Source: Pseudomonadota bacterium (GTDB lineage: Bacteria; Pseudomonadota; Gammaproteobacteria; Burkholderiales; Methylophilaceae). From it: DNA of 39,099 bases. The stretch is from assembly GCA_039800585.1 (NCBI GenBank), contig JBDLQN010000002.1, positions 1 through 39,099 on the forward strand, written 5' to 3'. The number at the start of each line of letters is the position of its first letter. The first letter of the stretch is position 1. Below, one piece after another: positions 10,364 to 20,150 of the stretch. The notes under the pieces are model-generated. The model was not told the DNA's origin. It was given only the letters and a program-made list of their open reading frames with translations, and made no database searches. The position numbers and the translations under genes are program-made.

Positions 10364-11194
10364 TTAGATATTCATCAAGGAGTTGGCTAAGATTGTAGCC
10401 ACTGTCAGATCGGCGCTGGTACCTGGATTGATCCCTTGATTTTTGAGTGCTTCATCCCAATTCAGCAAGGTCGCTTGATATAACTTAGGATTTTCCAGCT
10501 TTGTGAATGCAGCGTAATGATGTTGCGCTTGCTGCTGAATGTCTTTTGCAATGTCCTGACCATATTTTCGCGCAATATGGCTATCCTCAAATTTCGCCAA
10601 AAAACCGAGATAAACAGCGGTCACCGCCCAAGCTGGACGCTCCCATTTAGCCAAATATTCCAGATATGGCTCAACCCCCACAAATACATCAGCAAACCCA
10701 TTGGCATATTGCTGCGCGATTAAATCTCTATGTGCCGCCACTTGCATCGCCTTAAGCAACGTCACGTCTGGGCTCTTTTGCACATCATGCTCAGCAACCT
10801 CTCCCAAACCAGCTGGCGAAGCTAATTGAATCGCCTGAAAAGCGAACCTTGCATCATCAACCGTTAACTTTTGCAAAGTCTGCTTAAGCGCTTCTTGCGA
10901 GAGTTTATTATGCAAAAAAGCAGTCTGAATCAATGGCGCGGCAAGTAATATGATGCCTAAATTTGTATTACAACTGACCTCACCCCAAGTAGCTGAAACT
11001 GCCTGAAAAATACGCTCCCCAACACAAAATTCTGGCTTTGAAATTGGCGCCATAGAGGCATCAGCACTTTTAAGAAAGTCTTGTACCACCATGCCATGCC
11101 CATCAGCAAAAATATGCACATTACCAGGCTTGAGCGCACTGAGTTCAGCCATGCAAGCTTCGCGATATTTTTCAGCGACAAGTTGCGAGCGCAT
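10364..11194 (-). CDS. CitG/triphosphoribosyl-dephospho-CoA synthase-like protein (Orf7 of H4MPT clusters)
   Basis: ELSALKPGNVH, NTNLGIILL, NPGTSADLTVA. ATG at 11194 overlaps the orf5 stop (TGATG). Confidence 0.85.
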   Translation of the reverse strand: MRSQLVAEKYREACMAELSALKPGNVHIFADGHGMVVQDFLKSADASMAPISKPEFCVGERIFQAVSATWGEVSCNTNLGIILLAAPLIQTAFLHNKLSQEALKQTLQKLTVDDARFAFQAIQLASPAGLGEVAEHDVQKSPDVTLLKAMQVAAHRDLIAQQYANGFADVFVGVEPYLEYLAKWERPAWAVTAVYLGFLAKFEDSHIARKYGQDIAKDIQQQAQHHYAAFTKLENPKLYQATLLNWDEALKNQGINPGTSADLTVATILANSLMNI

Positions 11195-12078
11195 CAGCAA
11201 ATTCCCAAGCAATCATCAACAAGTGCTTGCGCGATATCGATATCCACCACCCCTTGCAAGCCTTTCCAGGCAGGGATGCTATTCACCTCCAGCACATAAG
11301 CCTTGCCATCCTGACCGCGAATAATATCGACGCCACAATAATCAATATCCACCGCTTTGGAAGCGGCTTCAGCTAAAGCAATCAATTCACCCGAAAGTGG
11401 AAGCGCTTCACAACGTCCACCAAGCGCCACGTTATTCACCCAGCTCGCGCCATGACGCACCATGGCCGCAATCGCCTTGCCTTGAATCACAAACACGCGA
11501 TGATCGTGCCATTGCCCTTCACCGCTATCCACATAGCGTTGCAAATAGTACAAACCGTCAACGTGTTGCTGCATGGGAACAGGCAATTTATCGCCCGGCT
11601 TAATCAGACGCACACCATTGCCTTGCGACCCAAATAATGGCTTGATTACCAAGCCTATTCCACGAGAGTTTTCTTGGGAGACTATGTTTTCAGCCTCATG
11701 CCTAGACTCACACACCCAAGTATCAGGGGTAGAAACGCCATGATGATGCAATAAGAAACTGGTCATCGCCTTATCCACGGTGCGCTCGACTGCACGGCCT
11801 GTGTTGTAAACTTTTACACCCAACATTTCTAAGGCGTGCAAAACATCAAGACGTGTAATGACTTGTTGCAAAGTGCCGCCTGGCACACCTCGCACAAAGG
11901 CAAACTTAGGTAATTGATCAAAGCCAGGAATCACCACGCCCTTTAGACCAGCGGCAAGGTCAAAAAAACAATCTTTAAGGGAGATAAATACTGCCTGATA
12001 GCCGCGCACAGCAAACGCTTCTTGCAAGCGCTTGCCATGCCAGCCAGGATCGTCTGTAAAGACGGGGATTCTTGTCAT
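11194..12078 (-). CDS. RimK-family ATP-grasp glutamate ligase (Orf5 of H4MPT/methylofuran clusters)
   Basis: RTVDKAMTS, KPLFGSQG, YCGVDII, LEVNSIPAWKGLQ; directly after mch. Confidence 0.88.
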   Translation of the reverse strand: MTRIPVFTDDPGWHGKRLQEAFAVRGYQAVFISLKDCFFDLAAGLKGVVIPGFDQLPKFAFVRGVPGGTLQQVITRLDVLHALEMLGVKVYNTGRAVERTVDKAMTSFLLHHHGVSTPDTWVCESRHEAENIVSQENSRGIGLVIKPLFGSQGNGVRLIKPGDKLPVPMQQHVDGLYYLQRYVDSGEGQWHDHRVFVIQGKAIAAMVRHGASWVNNVALGGRCEALPLSGELIALAEAASKAVDIDYCGVDIIRGQDGKAYVLEVNSIPAWKGLQGVVDIDIAQALVDDCLGIC

Positions 12079-12084
12079 TAAAAC

Positions 12085-13071
12085 TTAAGCTTGATAGCCA
12101 AAAGATTGGTCAATTAAAGCAGCATCTAGCTTGCCACCTGTGAAAGTATTGCCAGACTCAATTGCAGTTACCGTCACAGCCGCTGGACTGAATAACATTG
12201 GGTCAATCTTATAGAAGTCCATATTCACAGCTTTAAACACTTCAGCAAATGGCCGACCGTAATCGCGTGATGAATTACTTGGTAACTCTTTCGCCAATTT
12301 AGCAGCCGCCTCATCAGTGCCTTTAACAAACAAATGCGCATGGCCACCAAATAAAATAGCATCGTTGGTGCGACCCATACCAATCAAGAAATCAGGCGCT
12401 GGTGGTGGCACAGGCGCACTCGCCATACCATCAACCACATGGTCCAATGGAAAATGCAAAGTGTGAATTTTATGCATAGCCACTTCCAGCACACGCGCCA
12501 CAATTTGCACGGTACCCGCCAAGCTGCGAGTTGGCGTCAAAATGAAAGTTAAATTCTCAATCGCCACACTAGTATCACGCGATACTTTTTCAATTACTTC
12601 TACTGGTGGTGCTTTTTCACTCTCAAGCACTAAACATGCGGCCTGAGCTTGGTCTTGATAAGCAAGCTCTTTAAACAAATCTTCACGCCCAGCCAATGCA
12701 CGACCGGGGCCCGAACCAAGCGAGAAGAATTTCTCATGCGCCAAACTCCAACCTGCATACTGACTACCCAAGCAAGACAAAATGGGGTTGTTAGAATGTA
12801 CTGACAACATCCAAGGCCAATGTGGGAAAGTATGAGAAGTTTGCAAACTGACATGACCCAAGCCGCCCATACAAATTTCAGCGATTAAGCGCCCCGCTTC
12901 CAAGCCGCCTACATGCTTGATACCAGCATCCACAATAGTTGCACCATTGGTAGATTTCGACACCCCAAGACGCAACTCTTTAGCGTTAGCAATCAACTGT
13001 GCAACCAATGGATTGGTGAGATTATTAACGCTAGGCCAAAGGCTAGTATCAATGTGGCTTACTTCAGACAT
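12085..13071 (-). CDS. mch: Methenyl-H4MPT cyclohydrolase
   Basis: CLGSQYAGW, GSGPGRALA, MGRTNDAILFGG, DFYKIDPMLFSPA. Confidence 0.96.
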   Translation of the reverse strand: MSEVSHIDTSLWPSVNNLTNPLVAQLIANAKELRLGVSKSTNGATIVDAGIKHVGGLEAGRLIAEICMGGLGHVSLQTSHTFPHWPWMLSVHSNNPILSCLGSQYAGWSLAHEKFFSLGSGPGRALAGREDLFKELAYQDQAQAACLVLESEKAPPVEVIEKVSRDTSVAIENLTFILTPTRSLAGTVQIVARVLEVAMHKIHTLHFPLDHVVDGMASAPVPPPAPDFLIGMGRTNDAILFGGHAHLFVKGTDEAAAKLAKELPSNSSRDYGRPFAEVFKAVNMDFYKIDPMLFSPAAVTVTAIESGNTFTGGKLDAALIDQSFGYQA

Positions 13072-13089
13072 ACAAACTCCTACTAAATA

Positions 13090-14190
13090 CTAATTAAACA
13101 ATAATTCTGATAATTGCTGGACGCGCGCAAGCACCAAATCGCGCGCTTCATGCGCCGTTTTGGCCTCAGCAAGCACGGTGCAAATTGGCTGTTCGTGTGG
13201 AATGCAGCTCAGCGGCATCGGAATATCCGCCGTCCATTCAGGCCAAGCAAAATTTTCAGGGATAGTTAAATCCTGCAAGGCATAAAGCACATTACGCGCT
13301 TTTGCAGTGGATGCAATCACAGGAAAATGACTCAAATCGCCCGCAATTGCTTGACGATGCAAATCAAACAGATTGGAATTTGGGGATTGATATAAATCTA
13401 AAGTTGAACTCAGCCTTGGATTGATTTCTAACACCCAAAACTCGTTTTCATTCCACACCACATCCAAGCTATTCATGCCACGCAAGCCAATTGCATGAAC
13501 GATTTTAGCCGCGGCTTCTTGCATAGATTGTTTAATGCTGACCGGCAGCTCGGCATGTCCGACAATACCGCCATAGCGATACGGCTTACTCGTTACAGGC
13601 GCAATCCATTGCTGATTAAAGCCAACCACCTTGATTTTCTGACCATCGGCCGCAAACAGCATAGAAACTGGCACACCAGGCTTAATACGCTGATAGTAAT
13701 GCCCTTGGGGCAAAGCCACCCCCGCTTTAGCATTCAACACATGGGTGCCCCCTGAACCGCCCGCCTCTTTGCAAAGCCAACCATCGGAATTATGCAAAAC
13801 GTCAAACCCTACTTCAGGGTGAGGAATATCCAACTGAGTTAACAAGGCAAAAAAGTCAGGTGCATATTTGAGTTTTTGAATGACTGCGGGTGAATTACCA
13901 ATCAGAGGCAAACGCTTTTGAATGCGCGCCAATAAATCAGGCTGCGCCTCAAAACCACTACCGTAAGCAAAACCTTCGAATTGACTTAAGTCCAGTGAGT
14001 CCAAAACCGCTTCAAAGTGTTGGGGCTCAAAACCACTATTGGCATATTCAACTTTATAAACGTGTTCTGCGTAACGTTGCGTATCCGCATCAGCAAACAC
14101 ATCTATCGCTGTCACCTCATAGCCAGCCTGCGCCGCAGCCTTAACAAAAGGTCTGGAAGAAACTGCCGCAATGAGGACTTTTTTAGCCAA
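13090..14190 (-). CDS. ATP-grasp protein OrfY (methylofuran/H4MPT cluster)
   Basis: DVFADADT, YGSGFE, GGSGG, LEINPR; lies between mtdB and mch; TTG start. Confidence 0.85.
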   Translation of the reverse strand: MAKKVLIAAVSSRPFVKAAAQAGYEVTAIDVFADADTQRYAEHVYKVEYANSGFEPQHFEAVLDSLDLSQFEGFAYGSGFEAQPDLLARIQKRLPLIGNSPAVIQKLKYAPDFFALLTQLDIPHPEVGFDVLHNSDGWLCKEAGGSGGTHVLNAKAGVALPQGHYYQRIKPGVPVSMLFAADGQKIKVVGFNQQWIAPVTSKPYRYGGIVGHAELPVSIKQSMQEAAAKIVHAIGLRGMNSLDVVWNENEFWVLEINPRLSSTLDLYQSPNSNLFDLHRQAIAGDLSHFPVIASTAKARNVLYALQDLTIPENFAWPEWTADIPMPLSCIPHEQPICTVLAEAKTAHEARDLVLARVQQLSELLFN

Positions 14191-14198
14191 AATAAACC

Positions 14199-15119
14199 TT
14201 ATAAGCTATTACGCGCAATTTCGAACGCTGAAAGGAAATCCAAGTATTGTTTCTTTTCAGATTCAAGCATCAATTTAAGCAAGTTGTGCTGCGTTTTGTA
14301 TTTCACGTTACCAATCGCCAAAGCGCCGATTCCGAAAGCTTGAGTGCCCACAATCGGCGCGCCGTCAGCAAACACATCCACACCTTCAGCCCCTGCTGGT
14401 GGCACTGCGTTTACATCGGCCACAATTTTTAAATCTTTAGCCTGCGCCATTTGTACCAAACTCAACACTTGCACGCCTGCGGCAGCAGCACACAAGGCGA
14501 TATCTGTATTTTTAAGCACTTCAGTTTTTAAAGCATCTGAAGCGCCATCGACCGCCATAATGTTCACGCCATAGCGCGCATTGTATGCATCGACTTTAAC
14601 TTGAACATCCGCCATAGAGCGATGCGAAACCATCTGCACTGTTGCGCCATATTTCGCGGCAATAACCGCTGTACAACCGCCGACCGGACCTGTTGCACCA
14701 AAAACACTCACGCGTCGGCCACTTAAATCACCGCCAAAATTTTTCGCCAAATGCTGCTCTACTTTGGCCATCATGCCAGCCGCTGTGGTAAAGGCGCCAG
14801 AAGGGTCCGCGAACACAGAAACTTCAAAAGGCGGCACCATGGCTTTTTTGGCTAAATCCAACATATCCATGGCGACATCGATATCACGACCGCCAATAAA
14901 CACGCTTTCACGTTTTACGCCACTGGGGCCACGAGAAAAAATCGCGTCTTGCACCAAGCCCGCTACTTCTTTCATTTCGACATGCGTGTAAGGCATAATT
15001 TTGTCGAAACCCGCGTCATAAGCCATGTTAACGTCAAATGGACTGGCATTTTTAGCGGCGGTGATTAGGTGAAGAATGGATACTTTTTCAGAACTTGTTT
15101 TTGTCATACTAACTTTCAT
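14199..15119 (-). CDS. mtdB: NAD(P)-dependent methylene-H4MPT dehydrogenase
   Basis: SPFDVNMAYDAG, QDAIFSRGP, DPSGAFTTAA, DVNAVPPAG, GALAIGNVKY. Start may instead be 15107. Confidence 0.92.
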   Translation of the reverse strand: MKVSMTKTSSEKVSILHLITAAKNASPFDVNMAYDAGFDKIMPYTHVEMKEVAGLVQDAIFSRGPSGVKRESVFIGGRDIDVAMDMLDLAKKAMVPPFEVSVFADPSGAFTTAAGMMAKVEQHLAKNFGGDLSGRRVSVFGATGPVGGCTAVIAAKYGATVQMVSHRSMADVQVKVDAYNARYGVNIMAVDGASDALKTEVLKNTDIALCAAAAGVQVLSLVQMAQAKDLKIVADVNAVPPAGAEGVDVFADGAPIVGTQAFGIGALAIGNVKYKTQHNLLKLMLESEKKQYLDFLSAFEIARNSL

Positions 15120-15161
15120 CTACTTTACGATCTAATAACTTATTTCTCACTCACTTGCCAA

Positions 15162-16163
15162 TTAACTGGCTTGTAATCGACTAGGCTGATTATTCGCCTT
15201 AGTCAGCACAAATTTTAAACTCGCCTCCTGGCTGAATTTAGCTTTTAACTGTTGCAGCAATATTTCAGCCTGCGCCTGACTCTCAAACACAGCAAACCCT
15301 GTTGGACCCCATGAGCTTTGACCAAAACAATCCACACCGCTCTGTTGCAACTCACTCAAGACCTTTGCCACCAGCGGGCTAGTATATCTTGCGCAACCTT
15401 GAGCTGGGGCAAAGTAATCGCCTGTTAAGGTTTGCAAAGCTTGAATGGCTTGACCAAAAGATTTCAAATCGCGTTCAGCAACCGCAGGAAGCGCCTGCAT
15501 CAATACATGACGACATAAAATAGCTGAAGACTCAGCAGAAAACTCAGGAAGCTCCTTAAACGCAGCCATTTCTTGCGCGCCATGAACACCTTGGTGCGAG
15601 TGATCAAAAATTAATAATATTGGCCAGTCTTCCGGAAAGTCGGCATGCGCTATTACAGGTGGCGAGGCTGAATTTGCTGCGCGACCACCATCAACAATCA
15701 AACCGCCATGTAAAAATGTGCCAAGACCGATACCTGAACGCATACCTCGCTGAGTAAGCACTGCAATATCTTTAACTGTTAAGTTCAAACCGTATAGGCG
15801 ACTAATCGCCATGCCGATAGCCACGGCTAATTGGGTGCCAGAACCCAAACCAGAATGCTCTGGAATCGCTTGTGCTATTTGAATCTGCACGCCGCCACGC
15901 AAAGCCAGCGACTGCATCAATTGTTCAGCAATTTTAGTCGCGCGCGCTGAAACTGGGCCTTGCGCTGAAATGCTTGTAGCTGGGGTAACGACCAAAGAGG
16001 TCTCAGGTGCCTGCAAACCAAGCCCTATGCTGCCAAAACGACGACCTAAATTACCGTTTAGATCGAAAAACCCCATGTGGAGGCGTGCCGAAGTCGTGAC
16101 TGAAACTTTGCTGCAAACGGCAGTTGTGCCATTTGCTATTTCAAGATTCGTGTTCGTCATCAA
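15162..16163 (-). CDS. mptG: Beta-ribofuranosylaminobenzene 5'-phosphate synthase (GHMP kinase fold)
   Basis: ARLHMGFFDL, HSGLGSGTQL, RSGIG, GQSSWGPT. Confidence 0.92.
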   Translation of the reverse strand: MMTNTNLEIANGTTAVCSKVSVTTSARLHMGFFDLNGNLGRRFGSIGLGLQAPETSLVVTPATSISAQGPVSARATKIAEQLMQSLALRGGVQIQIAQAIPEHSGLGSGTQLAVAIGMAISRLYGLNLTVKDIAVLTQRGMRSGIGLGTFLHGGLIVDGGRAANSASPPVIAHADFPEDWPILLIFDHSHQGVHGAQEMAAFKELPEFSAESSAILCRHVLMQALPAVAERDLKSFGQAIQALQTLTGDYFAPAQGCARYTSPLVAKVLSELQQSGVDCFGQSSWGPTGFAVFESQAQAEILLQQLKAKFSQEASLKFVLTKANNQPSRLQAS

Positions 16164-16260
16164 CCCGCGTGCCTTATGGCTTAATTACAAAGGTGACATT
16201 GTAGCGTAAAATGCACGTATTCACTTCTTGCAGTTCAATTCAAAAGATAAGGTTTTTCGA

Positions 16261-17535
16261 ATGGAAAAGTTACCTGCTTCGACTTTGGAAGCAATTACCT
16301 GTCCTGCTTGCGGCCTACTTTGTGATGATATTGAGATTCATCGCGACGCCGCAAATCAACTCAAAGTTAGCAAAAACGCTTGCCAAAAAAGCATTCAATT
16401 TTTTGAGCGCAGCCCTCAAAACAGCACACCAAGTATTAAAGGACTATCCGCTTCATTAGCAGAAGCGGTGGAACGAGCTGCCGAACTCTTAAAAACAGCC
16501 AATCAACCGTTATTCGCTGGCTTAGGTACAGAAGTTCAAGGGATGCGCAGTGTGCTTAGCTTGGCAGATAAAGTTGGCGCGACACTCGATCACATGAACA
16601 ACTACAGCAGCTTGCGCAACACCCTAGTGGTGCAAAATAGCGGCTGGCAGGTAACCACACTTACTGAGGTGCGCAATCGCGTTGACTTATTAGTCGTCGT
16701 TGGCACGGACATCGTGAGCCATAACCCAAGGTTTTTTGAGCGTAATGTCTGGAACAAAGAAAGTATGTTTGGCCAAGACACCACTGCACGCGAAATCGTT
16801 TATTTGGGTGGCCAAAACATCAACACCCAAGCAGGTGTTTCACCCAATGGCAAAAAGCCTACTGTGTTACCTTGCGATTTAAACCGATTACCTGAAGTAA
16901 TCGCGACCCTAAATGCGATTGTCTCAGGAAAAAAGCTTGCAGTTGCTGAAGTCGCTGGCATCAAATTAGCAGATTTAGAGGATTTGGCAGAAAAACTCAA
17001 AGCCGCGAAATACAGCGTGGTCACTTGGATAAGCACTGATTTGAATATCGCGCATGCAGAGTTAACCGTTCAAAACATCACTGAGCTAGTGATTAAACTC
17101 AATGCAAAAACGCGTTCATCAGGCTTACCTTTGGGCGGCTCCGAAGGCGATTACAGCGTCAATCAAGCTAGCACCTGGACTTCTGGTTATCCAACCCGCA
17201 ATCGTTTTGCTCGCAAACATCCAGAATATGACCCCTACCTGTTTTCAACTGAAAAGCTGCTAGCAGACGACCAAGCTGACGTTTTGTTATGGATTAGCAG
17301 CTTCAATCCAGACAAAACAGCACCCGCCTGCAAAGCACCCAGAATTGTGATTGGTCACGCCTATATGGAAGCGAAAGATGCAGATGTGTTTATTCCCGTC
17401 GGCAGCCCTGGCATCGACCATAAAGGCACCATGTTCCGCATTGATAGCTCCGTTAGCCTGCCACTCAGCCAATTACGAAGCAGCGAGCTTCCGAGCTTAA
17501 GCGAAGTGATGGCAGCCATTGAAGCGGCACTTTAA
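16261..17535 (+). CDS. fhcB: Formyltransferase/hydrolase complex subunit B (FwdB/FmdB homologue)
   Basis: CPACGLLCDD N-terminus, TTLTEVRNRVD, PGIDHKGTMFRID; first gene of the BADC operon. ATG at 16261 preferred. Confidence 0.9.
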   Translation: MEKLPASTLEAITCPACGLLCDDIEIHRDAANQLKVSKNACQKSIQFFERSPQNSTPSIKGLSASLAEAVERAAELLKTANQPLFAGLGTEVQGMRSVLSLADKVGATLDHMNNYSSLRNTLVVQNSGWQVTTLTEVRNRVDLLVVVGTDIVSHNPRFFERNVWNKESMFGQDTTAREIVYLGGQNINTQAGVSPNGKKPTVLPCDLNRLPEVIATLNAIVSGKKLAVAEVAGIKLADLEDLAEKLKAAKYSVVTWISTDLNIAHAELTVQNITELVIKLNAKTRSSGLPLGGSEGDYSVNQASTWTSGYPTRNRFARKHPEYDPYLFSTEKLLADDQADVLLWISSFNPDKTAPACKAPRIVIGHAYMEAKDADVFIPVGSPGIDHKGTMFRIDSSVSLPLSQLRSSELPSLSEVMAAIEAAL

Positions 17536-17556
17536 GAAGATTGAGAAAGTAAAAGC

Positions 17557-19233
17557 ATGTTAATTAAATTAAGTGGCGGCAGAGTTTACGACCCGGCGCA
17601 TCAAATTGATGGCAAGGTGATGGATATTTATATCCGTGACGGTCGAATTGTTGAACGTCCTCGTGATGATGAAAAAATAGACCAAACTTACAATCTTGCA
17701 GGCAAAGTAGTGATGGCTGGTGCCATCGATATGCACACCCATATCGGCGGTGGCAAAGTGAATATTGCCCGCATGATGTTGCCAGAAGACCATCGCGCCG
17801 ATCCAACTGAGCACACGCATGTTTGCCGCTCTGGCTGTGGCCATGCTGCGCCATCTACCCTAACAACTGGCTATCGTTACGCTGAAATGGGCTACACCGC
17901 GGCGTTCGAGCCCGCGCTTTCTCCTGTCAATGCACGTCAATCTCACTTAGAGATGGGTGACACGCCGATTATCGATAAAGGCGGTTACGCCATGATAGGC
18001 AGCGATGATTTTTTCTTGCGCATGCTGGCTGCAAAAAAAGATCAAAAAGCGATTAATGATTATGTGGCTTGGGTATTACATGCCTCACAAGCAATTGGCA
18101 TTAAAGTGGTCAATCCTGGTGGCATCAGCGCGTTTAAGTTTAATCAACGCGCCTTAGATTTAGACGAACAAAATAGTCATTACCAAGTCACGCCACGCGA
18201 AGTGCTACAAGCTTTGTCGCGCGCAGTGCATGAACTTGGTGTTCCACATCCTTTACATGTTCATGGCAATAACTTGGGCGTGCCTGGCAACGTAGAAACA
18301 ACCCTTAAAACCATGGGCGCGTCTGAAGGCTATCCTCTGCACTTAACGCACATCCAGTTTCATAGTTATGGCACTGAAGGCGACCGTAAGTTTTCATCAG
18401 GCGCAGCGCAAATTGCCGAAGCAATTAACAAGCATAAACACATCTCTGCCGATGTAGGCCAGATTCTGTTTAACCAAACGGTGACAGCTTCTGGCGACAA
18501 TATGCGTCAATTCGCCAACTCCACTTTAGGCTCGCCTCGCAAGTCGGTGATTATGGATATTGAGTGCGACTCGGGTTGCGGCGTAGTGCCGTTTAAATAC
18601 AAAGATCAGAACTTTGTGAATGCCTTGCAATGGGCGATTGGCTTAGAAATTTTCTTGCTGACCGATGATCCATGGCGCATTTTCTTGACCACCGATCATC
18701 CAAACGGCGCCCCATTTACCAGCTACCCTCACCTTATCCGTTTATTGATGGACAAGGGTTTCCGTAACGATATGTTCACCAAACTCAATTTAGATGCGCA
18801 AGCGATGAGCACGCTTAACAGCATTGATCGCGAATACAGCTTATATGAAATCGCCATCATGACGCGCGCGGGTGCTGCTCGATTAGTAGGTTTACATGAC
18901 CGCGGCCATTTAGGTATAGGCGCTGGTGCTGACATTACGGTTTACACCGACAATCCAGACCGCGAAAAAATGTTCGCGACGCCTGACTACGTATTTAAAG
19001 ATGGTGAACTTGTGGTGAAAGATGGCAAAGTCGTCAAAGTTACTTGGGGCCATACACATACCGTTAAACCTGAGTTTGACCGTGGCATTGAAAAAAATAT
19101 CAAACAATATTTCGACAATTATCACACGATGAATATGGAACACTTTAAGGTCAGCAATGACGAGATTGCAGAAGGTGGACGCGGTGGCGTTGTGGTGCAA
19201 GCCTGCGAAGGTCGTAGGGAGAGAGCACAATGA
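17557..19233 (+). CDS. fhcA: Fhc subunit A (amidohydrolase, FwdA homologue)
   Basis: IDMHTHIGGGK, KVVNPGG, HLTHIQFHSYG, TTDHPNGAPF. Confidence 0.95.
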   Translation: MLIKLSGGRVYDPAHQIDGKVMDIYIRDGRIVERPRDDEKIDQTYNLAGKVVMAGAIDMHTHIGGGKVNIARMMLPEDHRADPTEHTHVCRSGCGHAAPSTLTTGYRYAEMGYTAAFEPALSPVNARQSHLEMGDTPIIDKGGYAMIGSDDFFLRMLAAKKDQKAINDYVAWVLHASQAIGIKVVNPGGISAFKFNQRALDLDEQNSHYQVTPREVLQALSRAVHELGVPHPLHVHGNNLGVPGNVETTLKTMGASEGYPLHLTHIQFHSYGTEGDRKFSSGAAQIAEAINKHKHISADVGQILFNQTVTASGDNMRQFANSTLGSPRKSVIMDIECDSGCGVVPFKYKDQNFVNALQWAIGLEIFLLTDDPWRIFLTTDHPNGAPFTSYPHLIRLLMDKGFRNDMFTKLNLDAQAMSTLNSIDREYSLYEIAIMTRAGAARLVGLHDRGHLGIGAGADITVYTDNPDREKMFATPDYVFKDGELVVKDGKVVKVTWGHTHTVKPEFDRGIEKNIKQYFDNYHTMNMEHFKVSNDEIAEGGRGGVVVQACEGRRERAQ

Positions 19234-20150
19234 TTATTAACGGCGTACAAATCGACGATACCTTTGCCGAAGCCTTTAATATGCGCGGAACTCGAGTGAT
19301 TATCACGGCGCAAAATCACAAATGGGCTTACAACGCGGCCAACGCAATGACAGGCTTTGCCACTTCAGTGATTGGTTGCGGTGTTGAAGCAGGCATTGAG
19401 CGCGAGCTCAGCCCAGAAGAAACACCTGATGGGCGTCCTGGCGTGGCAATTTTGATGTTTGCCATGGGAAGTTCTGTGCTCATGAAGCAGCTCGAAAACC
19501 GTATGGGACAAACTATTTTGACTTGCCCAACGGCTGCGGCATTTTCTGGCATTGAAGGTAATGAACGCATCAATCTCGGCAAGCATTTACGCTTCTTTGG
19601 GGACGGTTTTCAAATCTCTAAGCAATTTGGTGGCAAACGCTACTGGCGTGTGCCTGTCATGGATGGTGAATTTATCACTGAAGAAACCACAGGCATGGTG
19701 CGCGCGGTTGGTGGTGGCAATTTCTTAGTCTTGGCGGAATCACAACCGCAGGCTTTAGCGGCCTGTGAAGCTGCGATTGAAGCCATGAAAAAAGTGCCTA
19801 ACGTCATCATGCCATTCCCAGGTGGCGTGGTGCGTTCGGGCTCAAAAGTCGGCTCAAAATACAAAACCATGTTCGCCTCAACCAATGACGCATTCTGCCC
19901 AACGCTCAAAGGCTTAACCAACACACAGCTCACACCAGAAGTTGAATCTGTGATGGAAATTGTGATTGATGGCTTAACTGATGCCGATATTCGCAAAGCG
20001 ACTTACGTTGGCATTAAAGCGGCTTGCGAGTTAGGCGTTGCAAATGGTATTCGCCGCATTTCAGCAGGTAACTACGGTGGCAAATTAGGGCAATTTCAAT
20101 TTCATTTGCGCGAAATTATGAATGACAAAAGCTTAGGAGAATCGGCATGA
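19230..20150 (+). CDS. fhcD: Formylmethanofuran:H4MPT formyltransferase (Ftr)
   Basis: IDDTFAEAF, TGFATSVIGC, TPDGRPG, GGVVRSGSKVGS, SAGNYGGKLG. Confidence 0.96.
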   Translation: MIINGVQIDDTFAEAFNMRGTRVIITAQNHKWAYNAANAMTGFATSVIGCGVEAGIERELSPEETPDGRPGVAILMFAMGSSVLMKQLENRMGQTILTCPTAAAFSGIEGNERINLGKHLRFFGDGFQISKQFGGKRYWRVPVMDGEFITEETTGMVRAVGGGNFLVLAESQPQALAACEAAIEAMKKVPNVIMPFPGGVVRSGSKVGSKYKTMFASTNDAFCPTLKGLTNTQLTPEVESVMEIVIDGLTDADIRKATYVGIKAACELGVANGIRRISAGNYGGKLGQFQFHLREIMNDKSLGESA

